Below, one piece after another: positions 63,546 through 64,000 of a DNA stretch of 64,000 nt. The position numbers were made by a program, and so were the translations under genes. The stretch is from Podarcis vaucheri (lineage: Eukaryota), in the NCBI GenBank assembly GCA_965113315.1, contig OZ220363.1; one strand, 5' to 3'. Numbering within the stretch: the stretch's first letter is position 1; every line of letters starts with the position of its first letter. The notes under the pieces were generated by a model. The model made no database searches. It saw nothing but the letters and a program-made list of their open reading frames with translations, and was not told the DNA's origin.

Positions 63546-64000
63546 AACCCACACTACGCCAGTGGTGTGGCTACACTTTTTAAATCACCAGTCTTTTATT
63601 AAATTATTTTTATTTTAAAAAGCCTTTTGTCAGTCCTTTGCCCCTGAAAGCCCGCACAAAGTGCTGGTATTCAAATAACTAGGAAATATAAACTCGTTGA
63701 ATTTTATGTGCAGTTATGTTACACAACTCTTGTTTTAAGCATATCCTCCTAGCCCTACTTGGAGTTGCCAAGAATTGAACCTGGAACCTTTTGCAGGCAA
63801 AGTATGCGCTGTGCCCCTAAGTCATGGAGCTTCTCCTGCCTTTGCATACAGTGTCATCCTGTGGTGATATAACCGACAAAAGGCTTGCACAGCCCAACAG
63901 AGATACTACTGTAACCAGCACCTCTTCCTTTTCATTCTTAAATGTTCATGCAGTCCCACCTCTAGGTCAGACAGTCATATTCTCCTCCCTAGAGGGGAAG

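Overview
This is non-coding vertebrate genomic DNA, almost certainly from a squamate and probably a lacertid lizard. That is an inference from the repeat content: Sauria SINEs, MIR/Ther1-like SINEs with (TTC)n tails, Bov-B, CR1, L2, Rex1 and L1 fragments, and many hAT and Tc1/mariner-type MITEs. I found no host protein-coding gene. The only recognisable proteins in the ORF track are retrotransposon ORF2 pieces. The largest is a 2.9-kb, 5'-truncated, frameshifted L1 inserted inside a SINE with a 21-bp target-site duplication (TSD). The window also holds two solo LTRs that each carry a nested hAT MITE, several nested insertion stacks, many microsatellites and two assembly gaps (32725-32880, 54863-55026). 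Repeat-free AT-rich blocks look like conserved enhancers of a large intron or gene desert. I found no convincing new biological system. The best leads are (i) a recurring duplication at the 5' junctions of three unrelated LINE clades, (ii) two well-formed but non-coding minus-strand candidate exons, (iii) a CpG-retaining candidate hairpin near 23.2 kb, and (iv) unclassified GTTGCGTG-ended elements. All family names come from recalled motifs, not from database searches.
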